Origin: Minisyncoccota bacterium
GTDB taxonomy: Bacteria > Patescibacteriota > Minisyncoccia > Phycocordibacterales > VMEP01
NCBI GenBank assembly: GCA_041661305.1
Contig: JBAZUR010000001.1
Coordinates: 33,591 to 97,590 of the forward strand
Length of the DNA stretch: 64,000 nt
Direction of reading: 5' to 3'
Positions 28,232-37,626 of this stretch are shown in pieces. Each line of letters begins with the position of its first letter. The first letter of the stretch is position 1. The position numbers were made by a program, and so were the translations under genes. The notes below the pieces were generated by a model. That model worked only from the letters and a program-made list of their open reading frames with translations. It did no database searches and was not told the origin of the DNA.

Positions 28232-29818
28232 ATGTCTAAACCAAAATATTTTCTCTATGCTCGCAAGAGTACTGAAGATGACGATAAGCAAGTCATGAGT
28301 ATTGAAGCTCAATTGTTTGAACTTCGTGAGTTTGCGAGCAGAGAAAATCTTGAAATTATTGAGGAATTTCAAGAGTCAAAAAGCGCAAAGAGTCCGGGAC
28401 GAGAAGTGTTCGGCGTAATGATGATGCGTATAGAGAAAATGGGTAATGTTGGTATTCTCGCGTGGCATCCTGACCGCTTGGCGAGAAACAGTATTGATGG
28501 CGGACGCATCATTTACGCCGTAGACACTTCAAAAATCGTCTCTTTGCGTTTTCCGACATTTTGGTTTGAACCCACTCCGCAGGGGCTATTTATGCTTCAA
28601 GTGGCGTTCGGACAGTCCAAATATTATTCCGACAATTTGAAGCAGAATGTTGAACGAGGTATGCGCCAAAAACTGCGACGGGGCGAATGGCTGACACGCG
28701 CTCCCTTCGGGTATGTGAACAATCCTAAAACGCGCAATATTGAGCCGGATGTAGTGAAATCTAAAATTATTGTCCGCGCGTTTGGAGAATATGTAAAAGG
28801 AACACATACTCTAGAGTCGCTGTCGCAGTTTTTGGCTCTGCACGGTGTAGCGCAAAAGTCCGGAACGCCACTTGGCAAAGCTTCCGTGAAAAGAATTTTG
28901 ACTAATCGCGCTTATCTTGGATTCACTTTGCATCGCGGAGAATATTTTCCCGGAAGCTTTGCGCCAATTCTTTCTCCGACATTGTTTGAAGCTGTACAAA
29001 AAAGATTGGAAGAGCGAGCGCGTCCAAGACACAGCAAAATATCCCATAATTTTCCTTTCGTTGGTCTTTTTCGTTGTGGCGAGTGTGGCTCAATGATTAC
29101 CGCCCAATGGGCGACAAACCGGTGGGGTTCAAAGTATAGATATTATCGCTGTACGAAAAAGAAAGGAAAATGTTATCAGGGATATTTGAAAGAAGACGCT
29201 CTCGCTCTCCAAGTTAAGGAACAGCTTCAATCAGTGTCTATACCCCTAGCGTGGGCGGATTATATGCTCAAAAAAGTGGAAGAATTTGAGCATAACGAAA
29301 AACACGCTTCGGGAAATCGTCTCGGGCAGATGAAGGACAATCTGAAAACGCTTGAAGCGAAGTTAGACGCTCTTGTTGATTTGTATCTAAACCAAGACAT
29401 TGAGCGCGAGATATATCTGACGAAAAAGGACGCGCTCATGCGTCAAAAACTTTCGCTTCAAGCCAAATCTTCATCCGCCCGAGCCGTGAGAAAGAATTGG
29501 GTCGAACCCCTGCGGAAATGGATTTTGGATTCAAAACGCTCGGGGTTTCTCGCCACGAGCGAAAATCTCTATGAGATGAGAGATTTTCTTCGTTCCTTCG
29601 GAACGAACCCCTCGCTTAAAGACAAAACTATCTCAATCTCATTTTGCCCGCCCTCCGATTTCGCCCGCACCCGCAAGGCAGATTTCGTTTTATCTCCACT
29701 TACTCCGCCGAAGGCGGACGCCGATTTTTTTCTTAATCCAGCCGATGTATCAAATTGTGACCCTACAGGGAATCGAACCCTGGTTCCAAGCTTGAAAAGC
29801 TTGTGTCCTAACCGTTAG
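28232..29818 (+). CDS. Large serine recombinase (resolvase/invertase catalytic domain, recombinase domain and zinc ribbon)
   Basis: YARKSTEDDDKQVMSIEAQ (catalytic Ser), GILAWHPDRLAR, recombinase-domain segment and CGECGSMI...YRCTKKKGKC zinc ribbon. Start at MSKPKYF. The open frame runs through IR-B right into tRNA-Glu, so the true C-terminus is uncertain. Confidence 0.8.
   Translation: MSKPKYFLYARKSTEDDDKQVMSIEAQLFELREFASRENLEIIEEFQESKSAKSPGREVFGVMMMRIEKMGNVGILAWHPDRLARNSIDGGRIIYAVDTSKIVSLRFPTFWFEPTPQGLFMLQVAFGQSKYYSDNLKQNVERGMRQKLRRGEWLTRAPFGYVNNPKTRNIEPDVVKSKIIVRAFGEYVKGTHTLESLSQFLALHGVAQKSGTPLGKASVKRILTNRAYLGFTLHRGEYFPGSFAPILSPTLFEAVQKRLEERARPRHSKISHNFPFVGLFRCGECGSMITAQWATNRWGSKYRYYRCTKKKGKCYQGYLKEDALALQVKEQLQSVSIPLAWADYMLKKVEEFEHNEKHASGNRLGQMKDNLKTLEAKLDALVDLYLNQDIEREIYLTKKDALMRQKLSLQAKSSSARAVRKNWVEPLRKWILDSKRSGFLATSENLYEMRDFLRSFGTNPSLKDKTISISFCPPSDFARTRKADFVLSPLTPPKADADFFLNPADVSNCDPTGNRTLVPSLKSLCPNR
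29624..29760. repeat. IR-B right copy (137 bp)
   Basis: Reverse complement of 28070-28206. Ends exactly at the 3' end of tRNA-Glu. Confidence 0.9.
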
Positions 29819-29829
29819 ACGATAGGGCC
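29758..29829 (-). tRNA. tRNA-Glu (anticodon TTC)
   Basis: Reverse complement GGCCCTATCGTCTAACGGTTAGGACACAAGCTTTTCAAGCTTGGAACCAGGGTTCGATTCCCTGTAGGGTCA. Confidence 0.8.
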
Positions 29830-29901
29830 AAAATTACCGAGAAAGCATACCATTTTTTGCTAAAAATGCAAAAAACCGCTATGATTTAGAACGTTCAAAA
29901 C

Positions 29902-29991
29902 GGAGATGTGGCTGAGCGGTTGAAGGCACCACACTCGAAATGTGGCATGGGGGTAACCTCATCGGAGGTTCGAATCCTCCCATCTCCGCCA
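29902..29991 (+). tRNA. tRNA-Ser (anticodon CGA), CCA encoded
   Basis: GGAGATGTGGCTGAGCGGTTGAAGGCACCACACTCGAAATGTGG plus long variable arm, GGAGGTTCGAATCCTCC and CATCTCCGCCA. Confidence 0.85.
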
Positions 29992-29994
29992 ATA

Positions 29995-30246
29995 ATGAAA
30001 TCATTCACCCAGAAAGTTTTAGAAGTGGTTTCAAAAATACCAAAGGGTAAAACCTTAACGTATAAAGAAGTGGCGCAAAGAGTGGGGAATCCAAAGGCTT
30101 ATCGTGCTGTTGGGAATATTCTAAATAAAAATTATAACCCTAAAATTCCGTGTCATAGAGTAGTGCGAAGTGACGGAAAAATTGGTGGGTATAATCGAGG
30201 GGAGAAAAAGAAACGAGCGCTTCTTAAAAAAGAAAAACCAATCTAA
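29995..30246 (+). CDS. Methylated-DNA--protein-cysteine methyltransferase (Ogt/MGMT) DNA-binding/active-site domain protein
   Basis: 83 aa. VLEVVSKIPKGKTLTYKEVAQRVGNPKAYRAVGNILNKNYNPKIPCHRVV with the PCHRV active-site motif. The ORF-track N-extension overlaps tRNA-Ser. Confidence 0.7.
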   Translation: MKSFTQKVLEVVSKIPKGKTLTYKEVAQRVGNPKAYRAVGNILNKNYNPKIPCHRVVRSDGKIGGYNRGEKKKRALLKKEKPI

Positions 30247-31184
30247 TTTTTTCCGTGAAGATAGATGTAGATGTCTTCCAGTGCTTTAACGGCATCGCCT
30301 GCGGCGATATTGTTTTGATGATACAAACCATCTGTGACATCTCCGGCTGCCCAAATACCTAGAGTTGATGTACGTTGGTTTCTTGGATCAACGACAATGT
30401 TTTTGCGCTCGTTTAAAGTAATAGTTCCTTCCACTAATCCTGTATTTGGAACTTGTCCGATTTCAATAAAAATACCATCAGTTTTTATTGTGTGTGTTTC
30501 TTCAGTTTTTACATCACGATAGGTGAGCGACTCTACGAAATCACCTCCATCAACTTGAATAGTTTCAGCGTTTGAAATTACTTTTGTTTTTTCGTTTTTT
30601 AAAACAGCCTCTACTGTGCCAGGATCTGCTTTGCTGAAATCAGAACCACGGTTTAGCAAAGTGACACTTTTACAATAGGCGAGAAGTTGGGCAGCTGATT
30701 CAAAGCCAGCATTTCCGGCGCCAATAACAATAACATCCTTATCTGAATAGAGAGGGCCGTCGCAAGAAGCACAATAAGTAATACCTTTGTGTTCGAACTT
30801 ATCGGCATTTATGGCGTTTAGTTTTTTTCGCGCACTACCTGTTGCAACAAGGATTGAACGTCCAATGAATGTTTTACCAGAAGCGCTTTCAATAGAAAAA
30901 TTTTCACTGTCTTTTTTAATAGAAGTGATACTTTCACCCTCCTTTATTTCAAGAACATCCTCTGCGTAAGCTTGAAGATGTTTTTTGAAACTTTCAGCAA
31001 GGTCGATTCCAGAAATTGAAGGTGTTCCTATCCAGTTATGAATATCTGGTGAGACGACAGATTGTCCGCCGAAATCGTTAGTCAAAAGAAGCGTTTTCAA
31101 GCGTTTTCTTGCGGCGTAAACTCCGGCGGCAGAGCCGGCCGGACCACCGCCTATTATGATTAGGTCGTAGACAGAAGTGGTCAT
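30243..31184 (-). CDS. trxB: Thioredoxin-disulfide reductase
   Basis: DLIIIGGGPAGSAAGVYAARK FAD motif, CASC redox-active disulfide and GAGNAG NADPH motif. Confidence 0.8.
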   Translation of the reverse strand: MTTSVYDLIIIGGGPAGSAAGVYAARKRLKTLLLTNDFGGQSVVSPDIHNWIGTPSISGIDLAESFKKHLQAYAEDVLEIKEGESITSIKKDSENFSIESASGKTFIGRSILVATGSARKKLNAINADKFEHKGITYCASCDGPLYSDKDVIVIGAGNAGFESAAQLLAYCKSVTLLNRGSDFSKADPGTVEAVLKNEKTKVISNAETIQVDGGDFVESLTYRDVKTEETHTIKTDGIFIEIGQVPNTGLVEGTITLNERKNIVVDPRNQRTSTLGIWAAGDVTDGLYHQNNIAAGDAVKALEDIYIYLHGKN

Positions 31185-31187
31185 TAA

Positions 31188-32360
31188 TTATTTTTGTTTT
31201 GAACGGCGTAAAAATGCTGGTACGGCACCCCAGTCGTCATCGTCAGTTTTTTCTTCTTTCTTAACTTCCTTTGGTTGATCTTTTGTTTCCTTTGTTATTT
31301 CAATTTTTGTTGGCTCGGTTGAAACAATTGCCACAGCACCTATTGTTGCGTCCTTTTTCTCATCTTTTTGTGAAAACTGGAATAGAGATGGTTTTCTCGG
31401 AATAGATGTTGGGAAGCCAGTTGCGATAACAGTGATTCTTATCTCGTCTTTCTTTAGTCTTTCGTCACGGATTGCTCCGAATATAACTTTTGCGTCTTTG
31501 TCGATTGATTCGGTAATTATTTTTGCTGCCTCTTGAACTTCGTGCATTGTGAGGTCATCTCCTCCGGCAATTGCAAACAAGACACCTTTTGCGCCTTCTA
31601 TAGAAATCTCAAGAAGAGGGGAGTTAATGGCTGCTATTGCGGCTTTTTCGGCCCGCTTTTCGCCAGTTGCACGGCCGATACCCATGAGAGCAGAACCTGC
31701 GTCTGCCATAACGGCACGAATGTCTGCGAAGTCTACGTTAACTATTCCAGGGATAGTGATAAGTTCAGAAATTCCCTCAACAGCTTGGCGTAATATCTCG
31801 TCGCACATTGCGAATGAATCCTTAAGGCTTGTGTCTTTACCAACAGCCGCTAGTAGGCGGTCGTTTGGAACAACAATAAGAGCATCCACTTCTTTTTCTA
31901 GGTCCTCGAGGCCTTTTTCAGCCAATCTCATTCTTTGGTTTCCTTCAAAAAAGAATGGCTTTGTGACAACACCGACAGTAAGGACTCCTTGCTCTTTTGC
32001 AATTTTAGCGACAACTGGAGCGGCGCCTGTTCCTGTTCCACCACCCATTCCGCAAGCGATAAAAACCATATCAGCACCCTTAAGTGCATCAACGATTTCA
32101 TCTTTTGTTTCTTCTGCTGCGCGCTTACCAACCTCTGGATTCATTCCAGCACCGAGTCCTTTTGTTAAATTTTTCCCAATATGGATTTTTTTTGTAGCGA
32201 GAGAGTAGTGAAGATCTTGAGTATCAGTGTTCATCGCAAGAAAATCAACGCCTTTAACCTTAGAATTAATCATGTGGTTCAAAGCATTGTTTCCAGAACC
32301 ACCCACACCCAAAACTTTAATTCTTGCAAATGCTTCTATTACTGGATTGATTTTTGGCAT
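31188..32360 (-). CDS. ftsZ: Cell division protein FtsZ
   Basis: GVGGSGNNALNHM and GGGTGTGAAPVVAKIAKE tubulin signature. Confidence 0.9.
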   Translation of the reverse strand: MPKINPVIEAFARIKVLGVGGSGNNALNHMINSKVKGVDFLAMNTDTQDLHYSLATKKIHIGKNLTKGLGAGMNPEVGKRAAEETKDEIVDALKGADMVFIACGMGGGTGTGAAPVVAKIAKEQGVLTVGVVTKPFFFEGNQRMRLAEKGLEDLEKEVDALIVVPNDRLLAAVGKDTSLKDSFAMCDEILRQAVEGISELITIPGIVNVDFADIRAVMADAGSALMGIGRATGEKRAEKAAIAAINSPLLEISIEGAKGVLFAIAGGDDLTMHEVQEAAKIITESIDKDAKVIFGAIRDERLKKDEIRITVIATGFPTSIPRKPSLFQFSQKDEKKDATIGAVAIVSTEPTKIEITKETKDQPKEVKKEEKTDDDDWGAVPAFLRRSKQK

Positions 32361-32487
32361 AATGTTTCTTGTTGGTCTAACGTTGACCTCTCCTTAATGC
32401 TTATTAAAAGTTTTCATATCATAACAGAAAAAGGCTAAAAAAAGAAAGACTCCATTTTCGCTTTTAAGTACCCGGTTTTACGTAGTT

Positions 32488-33648
32488 TTAAGGCAAAAGA
32501 CTCTTCACAAAGTCTTTAATTCCAGAGGAAATATCGCCCCATAAGCCGACTTCTTTACTTTCGTCATTTTTACCAGCAATACATAGTCCATACGGGACAA
32601 ACCACGTAGAGTCTAGCATTTTTGGTTTACCAGAACTTGTGTCGACTATCTCTTTTCCGAGCACCTTAACAGGAAGAGAAAGCGATGCACGAGCCAAGTC
32701 TTCTACTGTAGAAATACCAGAACCACCACCTGTGATAAATATACCAGCCGGGAGTAATCCACTTCTGCCAATTTTTTTTAAATGATTATCAATAAGTTCA
32801 AATATGTCTGTTAAACGTGCCTCGATTATTTCTTCAAGACGTTTACGGGGATATTGGTCACGTTTTTCTCCACGTTTTATCACCTCCGCTTCTTCAAGAG
32901 AAACACGCAAGCCGAGTGCAATATCGCTTGTAATATCTGTTGATCCTATTTGGAAAACATGAAGTGAGATTGGAACATCGTTTTCAAAAACTACAAGCGA
33001 GACCGTTTCTGCGCCAATATTTACAATTGCGCAACCAACGGTTTTTTGTCTTTTATTAACAGCAACGTAGCTTGCTGCAAGTGGAGAAGCAACAACCTCA
33101 GCAACTTGCACACCCGCTTCTTCGACAACAAGAGCCATGTCTTCTAAATGTTGTTTTAGACATGTAATAAAAAGCGTTTTTACTTCAAGCTTGAGACCTT
33201 TCATTCCCACAGCTCTACCGTGAACCTCTTTTCCGTCTATTTTAAAGCCGACAGGAATTATTTTTATTATCTTTCGGTTATTTAAGGCTCCGATATTTTT
33301 TTTACACTCCTCGACTGCTTTTGCAATATCACCTTCAGAGACCTCACTGTCACCACGTGAGATGACCGCAGTTCCTGAGGTCAAAACTGAATCAAGGCTA
33401 ATCCCACCCAAAGATAAGAATGCTTTTTTGATTGTAAAACGGGAGTTTTTTTCGGCGTCTCGAATTGCTCTCTCGACGCACTTAACAGCTTCTTCTGATT
33501 GGATGACGTATCCGTGCCTTAATCCACGAGATTCCGCGATACCGGTGCCGATAATTCTTGGTAATTCGGTGTTAGGAAAATACTCCGCGACTACAACGCG
33601 GACAAGAGAAGTTCCTACATCTATGCCAACAACTATTTTTCTCGCCAT
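32488..33648 (-). CDS. ftsA: Cell division protein FtsA
   Basis: MARKIVVGIDVGTSLVRVVVAE actin-like ATPase N-terminus. Sits upstream of ftsZ. Confidence 0.85.
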   Translation of the reverse strand: MARKIVVGIDVGTSLVRVVVAEYFPNTELPRIIGTGIAESRGLRHGYVIQSEEAVKCVERAIRDAEKNSRFTIKKAFLSLGGISLDSVLTSGTAVISRGDSEVSEGDIAKAVEECKKNIGALNNRKIIKIIPVGFKIDGKEVHGRAVGMKGLKLEVKTLFITCLKQHLEDMALVVEEAGVQVAEVVASPLAASYVAVNKRQKTVGCAIVNIGAETVSLVVFENDVPISLHVFQIGSTDITSDIALGLRVSLEEAEVIKRGEKRDQYPRKRLEEIIEARLTDIFELIDNHLKKIGRSGLLPAGIFITGGGSGISTVEDLARASLSLPVKVLGKEIVDTSSGKPKMLDSTWFVPYGLCIAGKNDESKEVGLWGDISSGIKDFVKSLLP

Positions 33649-33704
33649 GAGCTTAAAAATTAAGCAGTGAGAGAGTAAAAATGTTAGCTTCTTTTACTTG
33701 TTAA

Positions 33705-34097
33705 TTAAAGCAAACCGAATTTGTCCATCACCACCTTTTCTTTGCTCTCCATTGTACTACCATGTTGCATTCCTTTCAAATGAAGCATCGCGTGGATAAC
33801 CAGATGGCCAACAAAATTTTTGTAAGTCGTATTAAAAAGGGGAGCATCATGTCTCGCTGTTTTTAAAGAAATGATTATTTCACCATTTCCTTTTTCATAC
33901 GCAAAGGAAAGAACGTTTGTTGGTTTGTTTTTACCGCGATATTTTTTATTTAATTCCTGAGATTTTTTAAGACCAACAAAAGCAATTGAGAGGTTATAGT
34001 TTTTACCTAAAACTGTGTTTTTTATTGCCACAAAAGGCAAGCTTGGAAGCTTGCCTTTTGTTTCTCTTATTACCGAAAGATTATCTTTCTCTATCAT
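33705..34097 (-). CDS. ybeY: rRNA maturation RNase YbeY
   Basis: HLVIHAMLHLKGMQH (HxxxHxxxxxH zinc motif). Confidence 0.8.
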   Translation of the reverse strand: MIEKDNLSVIRETKGKLPSLPFVAIKNTVLGKNYNLSIAFVGLKKSQELNKKYRGKNKPTNVLSFAYEKGNGEIIISLKTARHDAPLFNTTYKNFVGHLVIHAMLHLKGMQHGSTMESKEKVVMDKFGLL

Positions 34098-34099
34098 TT

Positions 34100-34348
34100 T
34101 TATCGGAACGATCTCCTTTTCTTTTCTGGTAGTTTACCAAGTTTCTTTAGTTTTTCGTATTCAACTCTGCGTCCAATAACTACCAATGCACTTCTTTTTT
34201 TAGCTAGTTTTGATTTTCCGCGTTGATTGTATCTAATACTTCGAACCTTTCTTAAAACGCCAGATTCCTGGACGCGCTTAGTAAAGCGACGCAAAAGATT
34301 TGTGCCGTTTTCGTTATTATTCTTAGTGACTTCAACGTTTATTCCCAT
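34100..34348 (-). CDS. rpsU: 30S ribosomal protein S21
   Basis: NENGTNLLRRFTKRVQESGVLRKVRSIRYNQRGKSKLAKKRSAL matches the S21 pattern (LRRF.KR...GVL). Start taken at the internal ATG. Confidence 0.55.
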   Translation of the reverse strand: MGINVEVTKNNNENGTNLLRRFTKRVQESGVLRKVRSIRYNQRGKSKLAKKRSALVVIGRRVEYEKLKKLGKLPEKKRRSFR

Positions 34349-34394
34349 GAAGGCAAATCCTATCACAGAGTGCCTGTGTGGGCAACCCCTTAGA

Positions 34395-35765
34395 TTATCG
34401 TTCCTTTATCTTTTTTATGTAGTCGGCGAGTTCCTCTATTTTTACGGTATCTTGGGAGCGGGTGGCCATATCGCGGACGATAACTGTGCCCTCTAGTGCT
34501 TCTTTTTGTCCAAAGATAATCGTATACGGGACTTCAAGACGCTCTGCTGTTGAAAGCTGGGCAGAAAGGTTGTCTTTTGCAAGGGTTTGGGCCATAGGAA
34601 TGCGCGCCTTACGGAGAATCTCCACAATGGCAAGACTCTTTAGTTTTGCCTCAAAACCAAGCTGGATAAAGCAAACTTTTGGCTTTTTGATAATTCTAGG
34701 AGAAAGTGGTTTGTGGTTTTTCGACATGATAATTCGGTCGACACCAATACTTGCTCCAACCGACGGCACGTCTTTTTTTGAACCCAGAAGTTTCCCGAGG
34801 TAGTCATATCTTCCTCCTCCAGCAAGGGAGAGAGGCTGGCGCTCTATTACTTCTGTTTTTACTTCTCCATTTTCTGTTGCAACTTCAGTAACTTCATCAA
34901 GCACTTCAACGAACTCAAAAACAGTTTTCGTGTAATAGCTTAGTCCGCGAACGAGGTTGTGGTTAATGCGATAAGGAATACCCATTTCTTCTAGATACTC
35001 AAGGACCTCTTTGAAGTGAGCTTTACATGAACTACAAAGATAAGTTATCGAGTTCGGAGCACCCTCCTTGATAGGAATACATTTTTCGTTTTTACAATCG
35101 AGCAAGCGGAGTGGATTTGTTTTCAATCTATCTCGGCAATTTCCACAAATGTTGTCTAAGTGTTTTTTGTAATAGTTCGTTAGTTCTCGGATATATGTTC
35201 CACGACACTCTTTGTCACCAATGCTGTTTATATCAAGAGAAATTTTTTCAATACCAGCTTCGTTTAAAATAGTAGCAAACGTGCGGATTATAATTGCATC
35301 AGCGATACTTTTTTGGGTCCCGAGTATTTCTAGGCTAAATTGTCGCAACTCACGCAAGCGTCCACGTTGTGGGTTGTCGTGTCTGAAATAAGGACCATAG
35401 GAATAAAGCATCACTGGTTGGGGTAATGCCTGCATTCCATTTTCGATATATGCTCGCATAACGCCAGCAGTTCCTTCTGGGCGCATTGCTAAATGGTCAC
35501 CTCCTTTTGTTTTTAGGGTGTACATTTCTTTGTCGATAATATCTGTTCCCTCACCAATCCCAGAAGTGAAAACTTCTTCCTTTTCTAATATTGGGGTTTC
35601 AATTGGTTTGAACCCATAGTAGATAGCAACTTCCTGTGCTTTTTCGAAAAAACCTTGGTACTGATAATACTCATCATCCAAAATATCGCGCATTCCTTTT
35701 GGGGCGTTTAAGGTCTCTTTGTTTGGTTTTTTTTCTTGATTCATCCCGTTAGAAATAGGAAGCAC
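34395..35765 (-). CDS. hisS: Histidine--tRNA ligase
   Basis: Class II motifs: APKGMRDIL, FRHDNPQRGRLRELRQF and AGGGRYDYL. Confidence 0.85.
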   Translation of the reverse strand: MLPISNGMNQEKKPNKETLNAPKGMRDILDDEYYQYQGFFEKAQEVAIYYGFKPIETPILEKEEVFTSGIGEGTDIIDKEMYTLKTKGGDHLAMRPEGTAGVMRAYIENGMQALPQPVMLYSYGPYFRHDNPQRGRLRELRQFSLEILGTQKSIADAIIIRTFATILNEAGIEKISLDINSIGDKECRGTYIRELTNYYKKHLDNICGNCRDRLKTNPLRLLDCKNEKCIPIKEGAPNSITYLCSSCKAHFKEVLEYLEEMGIPYRINHNLVRGLSYYTKTVFEFVEVLDEVTEVATENGEVKTEVIERQPLSLAGGGRYDYLGKLLGSKKDVPSVGASIGVDRIIMSKNHKPLSPRIIKKPKVCFIQLGFEAKLKSLAIVEILRKARIPMAQTLAKDNLSAQLSTAERLEVPYTIIFGQKEALEGTVIVRDMATRSQDTVKIEELADYIKKIKER

Positions 35766-35873
35766 TAGTGCTTCCGTTATTTAATTTAATAACTATTGCT
35801 TGGCTGACTGATTGTATGGTAAATGTCTTCATCGGTAAAATATAACTTGGTGATTTCTAACGGGATCATATTT

Positions 35874-36506
35874 TTAATTAATTCCACCTGGGTAATAAGA
35901 GATACGGTTTAGCGGGAAAAGGCGAAAGAGGGCCTGGCCGACGATGGCGTCGCGCCTCACCGGACCAACCATTCGTGAATCAAGAGAGAGTGGTCGGTTA
36001 TCTCCCATAACAAAATATTGATCGTCTCCAAGTGTTGCTTCAAAATTACCCGTTTTGATATCTTTTAAATATGGCTCGGTGACAACAAATCCAGTTTTAT
36101 TTTCGGCATTTATTACTGTGAGAACGTTGTTTCTGTAGCGGAGAGTTTCACCAGGTAGACCCATTATGCGTTTAATCAAATTCTCAGACGCATTTCCAGG
36201 TTTTTTGACTATAACAACATCACCCCTTTTTGGCTCGTTAAAGCGATAGGAAATTTCGTCTACGATGAGGTATTCACCAGTTTCAAATGTTGGAGACATT
36301 GAAACGCCAGAAACTATAAATGGCTGAGCAATAAAATATCTGAAGGGAAGAACGATAAGTGCGGCGATAATCGCAAAACGGAAAATTTCTCCCCAGAATG
36401 ACTCTAGAGGTTTTTCTTTTTCGCTATTACTCATAGGTGGTGGCGTAATTTTTTCTCGCTCATCCATATTGTTTGCGAATGATACTACTTTTTTGTGTAT
36501 TGACAC
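35874..36506 (-). CDS. lepB: Signal peptidase I
   Basis: GVSMSPTF (catalytic Ser box), RGDVVIVKKPG and VMGDNRPLSLDSR boxes. Confidence 0.8.
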   Translation of the reverse strand: MSIHKKVVSFANNMDEREKITPPPMSNSEKEKPLESFWGEIFRFAIIAALIVLPFRYFIAQPFIVSGVSMSPTFETGEYLIVDEISYRFNEPKRGDVVIVKKPGNASENLIKRIMGLPGETLRYRNNVLTVINAENKTGFVVTEPYLKDIKTGNFEATLGDDQYFVMGDNRPLSLDSRMVGPVRRDAIVGQALFRLFPLNRISYYPGGIN

Positions 36507-36551
36507 AAGATTTTTTTACGTGCTCTGGTGTTTTTCAAATTAAAAAATCCG

Positions 36552-36580
36552 ACACAGTGCTTGTGTCGGATTGTTTTCCT
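36552..36580 (-). terminator. Rho-independent terminator (minus strand)
   Basis: aatccgacaca-gtgc-ttgtgtcggatt with an A-run on the plus strand (T-run on the minus strand). Confidence 0.6.
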
Positions 36581-36599
36581 GTTGCTATTGGTGAAAGAG

Positions 36600-36860
36600 T
36601 TAGCCGTGCTTCTCATTACGACCACGCTGGTGCCCGCGAACTTGGTTGAAGGGGGTCCTTCTTCCTCGTGATTTTTTGCCAATGATTTTTGGGTCAAAAT
36701 CTTTTTGCGGTACCACCGGCGTGGCGATAGCTTCTTTCAATAGCGGAGTTTTTGGGGTTACAGCTACTTCGGCTGAGATTACCCCCACTCTTGCCAGGAA
36801 CTTTGCCAGGAAAGATGATGATAATCTGCGCTTAAAGTAGCCGTTCACGGCAACCTCCAT
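36600..36860 (-). CDS. Hypothetical small basic protein
   Basis: 86-aa ORF with its own downstream terminator. C-terminal KKSRGRRTPFNQVRGHQRGRN is basic. No confident family assignment. Confidence 0.35.
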   Translation of the reverse strand: MEVAVNGYFKRRLSSSFLAKFLARVGVISAEVAVTPKTPLLKEAIATPVVPQKDFDPKIIGKKSRGRRTPFNQVRGHQRGRNEKHG

Positions 36861-36963
36861 ATTTAACGAACAGACTCATATTATGACATAAATTTTGTAA
36901 AAGAAAAGAGCTATCTTTCCTCCTGATTTTTTAGATATGGGAATATACTGTAATATTGAAAAT

Positions 36964-37554
36964 ATGAATTACATCGTTGTTGGACTAGGAAATCCAGGAG
37001 AGGAATATGAAATGACGCGTCATAACACTGGGCGCATTGTTCTCGCGCCATTTCACAAGAAAGAAGATTTTTCCGACTGGAAAATCGACAAGAAGTTAAA
37101 GGCATTAGTTTCAGTTGGTAAAATCGGAAAAGATAAAGTAGAAATTATTTTTCCAGAAACTTTTATGAACAAATCTGGAGCAAGTATTGCGCCGGTGGTC
37201 AAAAATAAAAAACAGGCAGAAAGATTGATTGTTGTTCAAGATGATTTAGATTTACCGCTTGGCACAATAAAAATTTCTTTCAATCGCGGTTCCGGTGGTC
37301 ATAAGGGGATTGAGTCAATAATAAGAGCGATAAAAACAGAAGCATTTGTTCGCGTTCGTGTTGGTGTTTCACCAAAGACGACAAAAGGAAAAGCAAAAAA
37401 ACCAAAAGGCGAAGATAAGATTGTTGATTTTATTATTGGCAAATTTTCTAAATTAGAACAAGAAGCAATAAAAAAAGTTGGCAAGCAAGTTACTGAAGCG
37501 ATTACGGTCCTTGTAAAAGAAGGTCGCGAAAAAGCGATGGGGGAGTTTAATTAG
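36964..37554 (+). CDS. pth: Peptidyl-tRNA hydrolase
   Basis: YIVVGLGNPGEEYEMTRHNTGRIVL is the Pth signature with the catalytic His. Confidence 0.85.
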   Translation: MNYIVVGLGNPGEEYEMTRHNTGRIVLAPFHKKEDFSDWKIDKKLKALVSVGKIGKDKVEIIFPETFMNKSGASIAPVVKNKKQAERLIVVQDDLDLPLGTIKISFNRGSGGHKGIESIIRAIKTEAFVRVRVGVSPKTTKGKAKKPKGEDKIVDFIIGKFSKLEQEAIKKVGKQVTEAITVLVKEGREKAMGEFN

Positions 37555-37626
37555 TTTCTAAACTTTCACTTAAATACTATTCGTGTTAGTTTTTGGTAAG
37601 CATTTTCTTTTGGAGGATGATTTATC

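Noticed and set aside
31549-32208. 219-aa plus-strand ORF and other long antisense ORFs (44546-45115 in gyrA; 58525-59121 in clpB; 53582-54175 in infB; 50995-51419 in the SPFH gene)
   Set aside because: They lie entirely antisense within well-supported conserved genes. They have low-complexity composition typical of shadow ORFs.
36600-36860. Assignment of the 86-aa basic protein as ribosomal protein L32 or L34
   Set aside because: The KKSRGRR stretch resembles the L32 N-terminus but lies in the middle of the protein. The rest does not align. Kept as a hypothetical protein.
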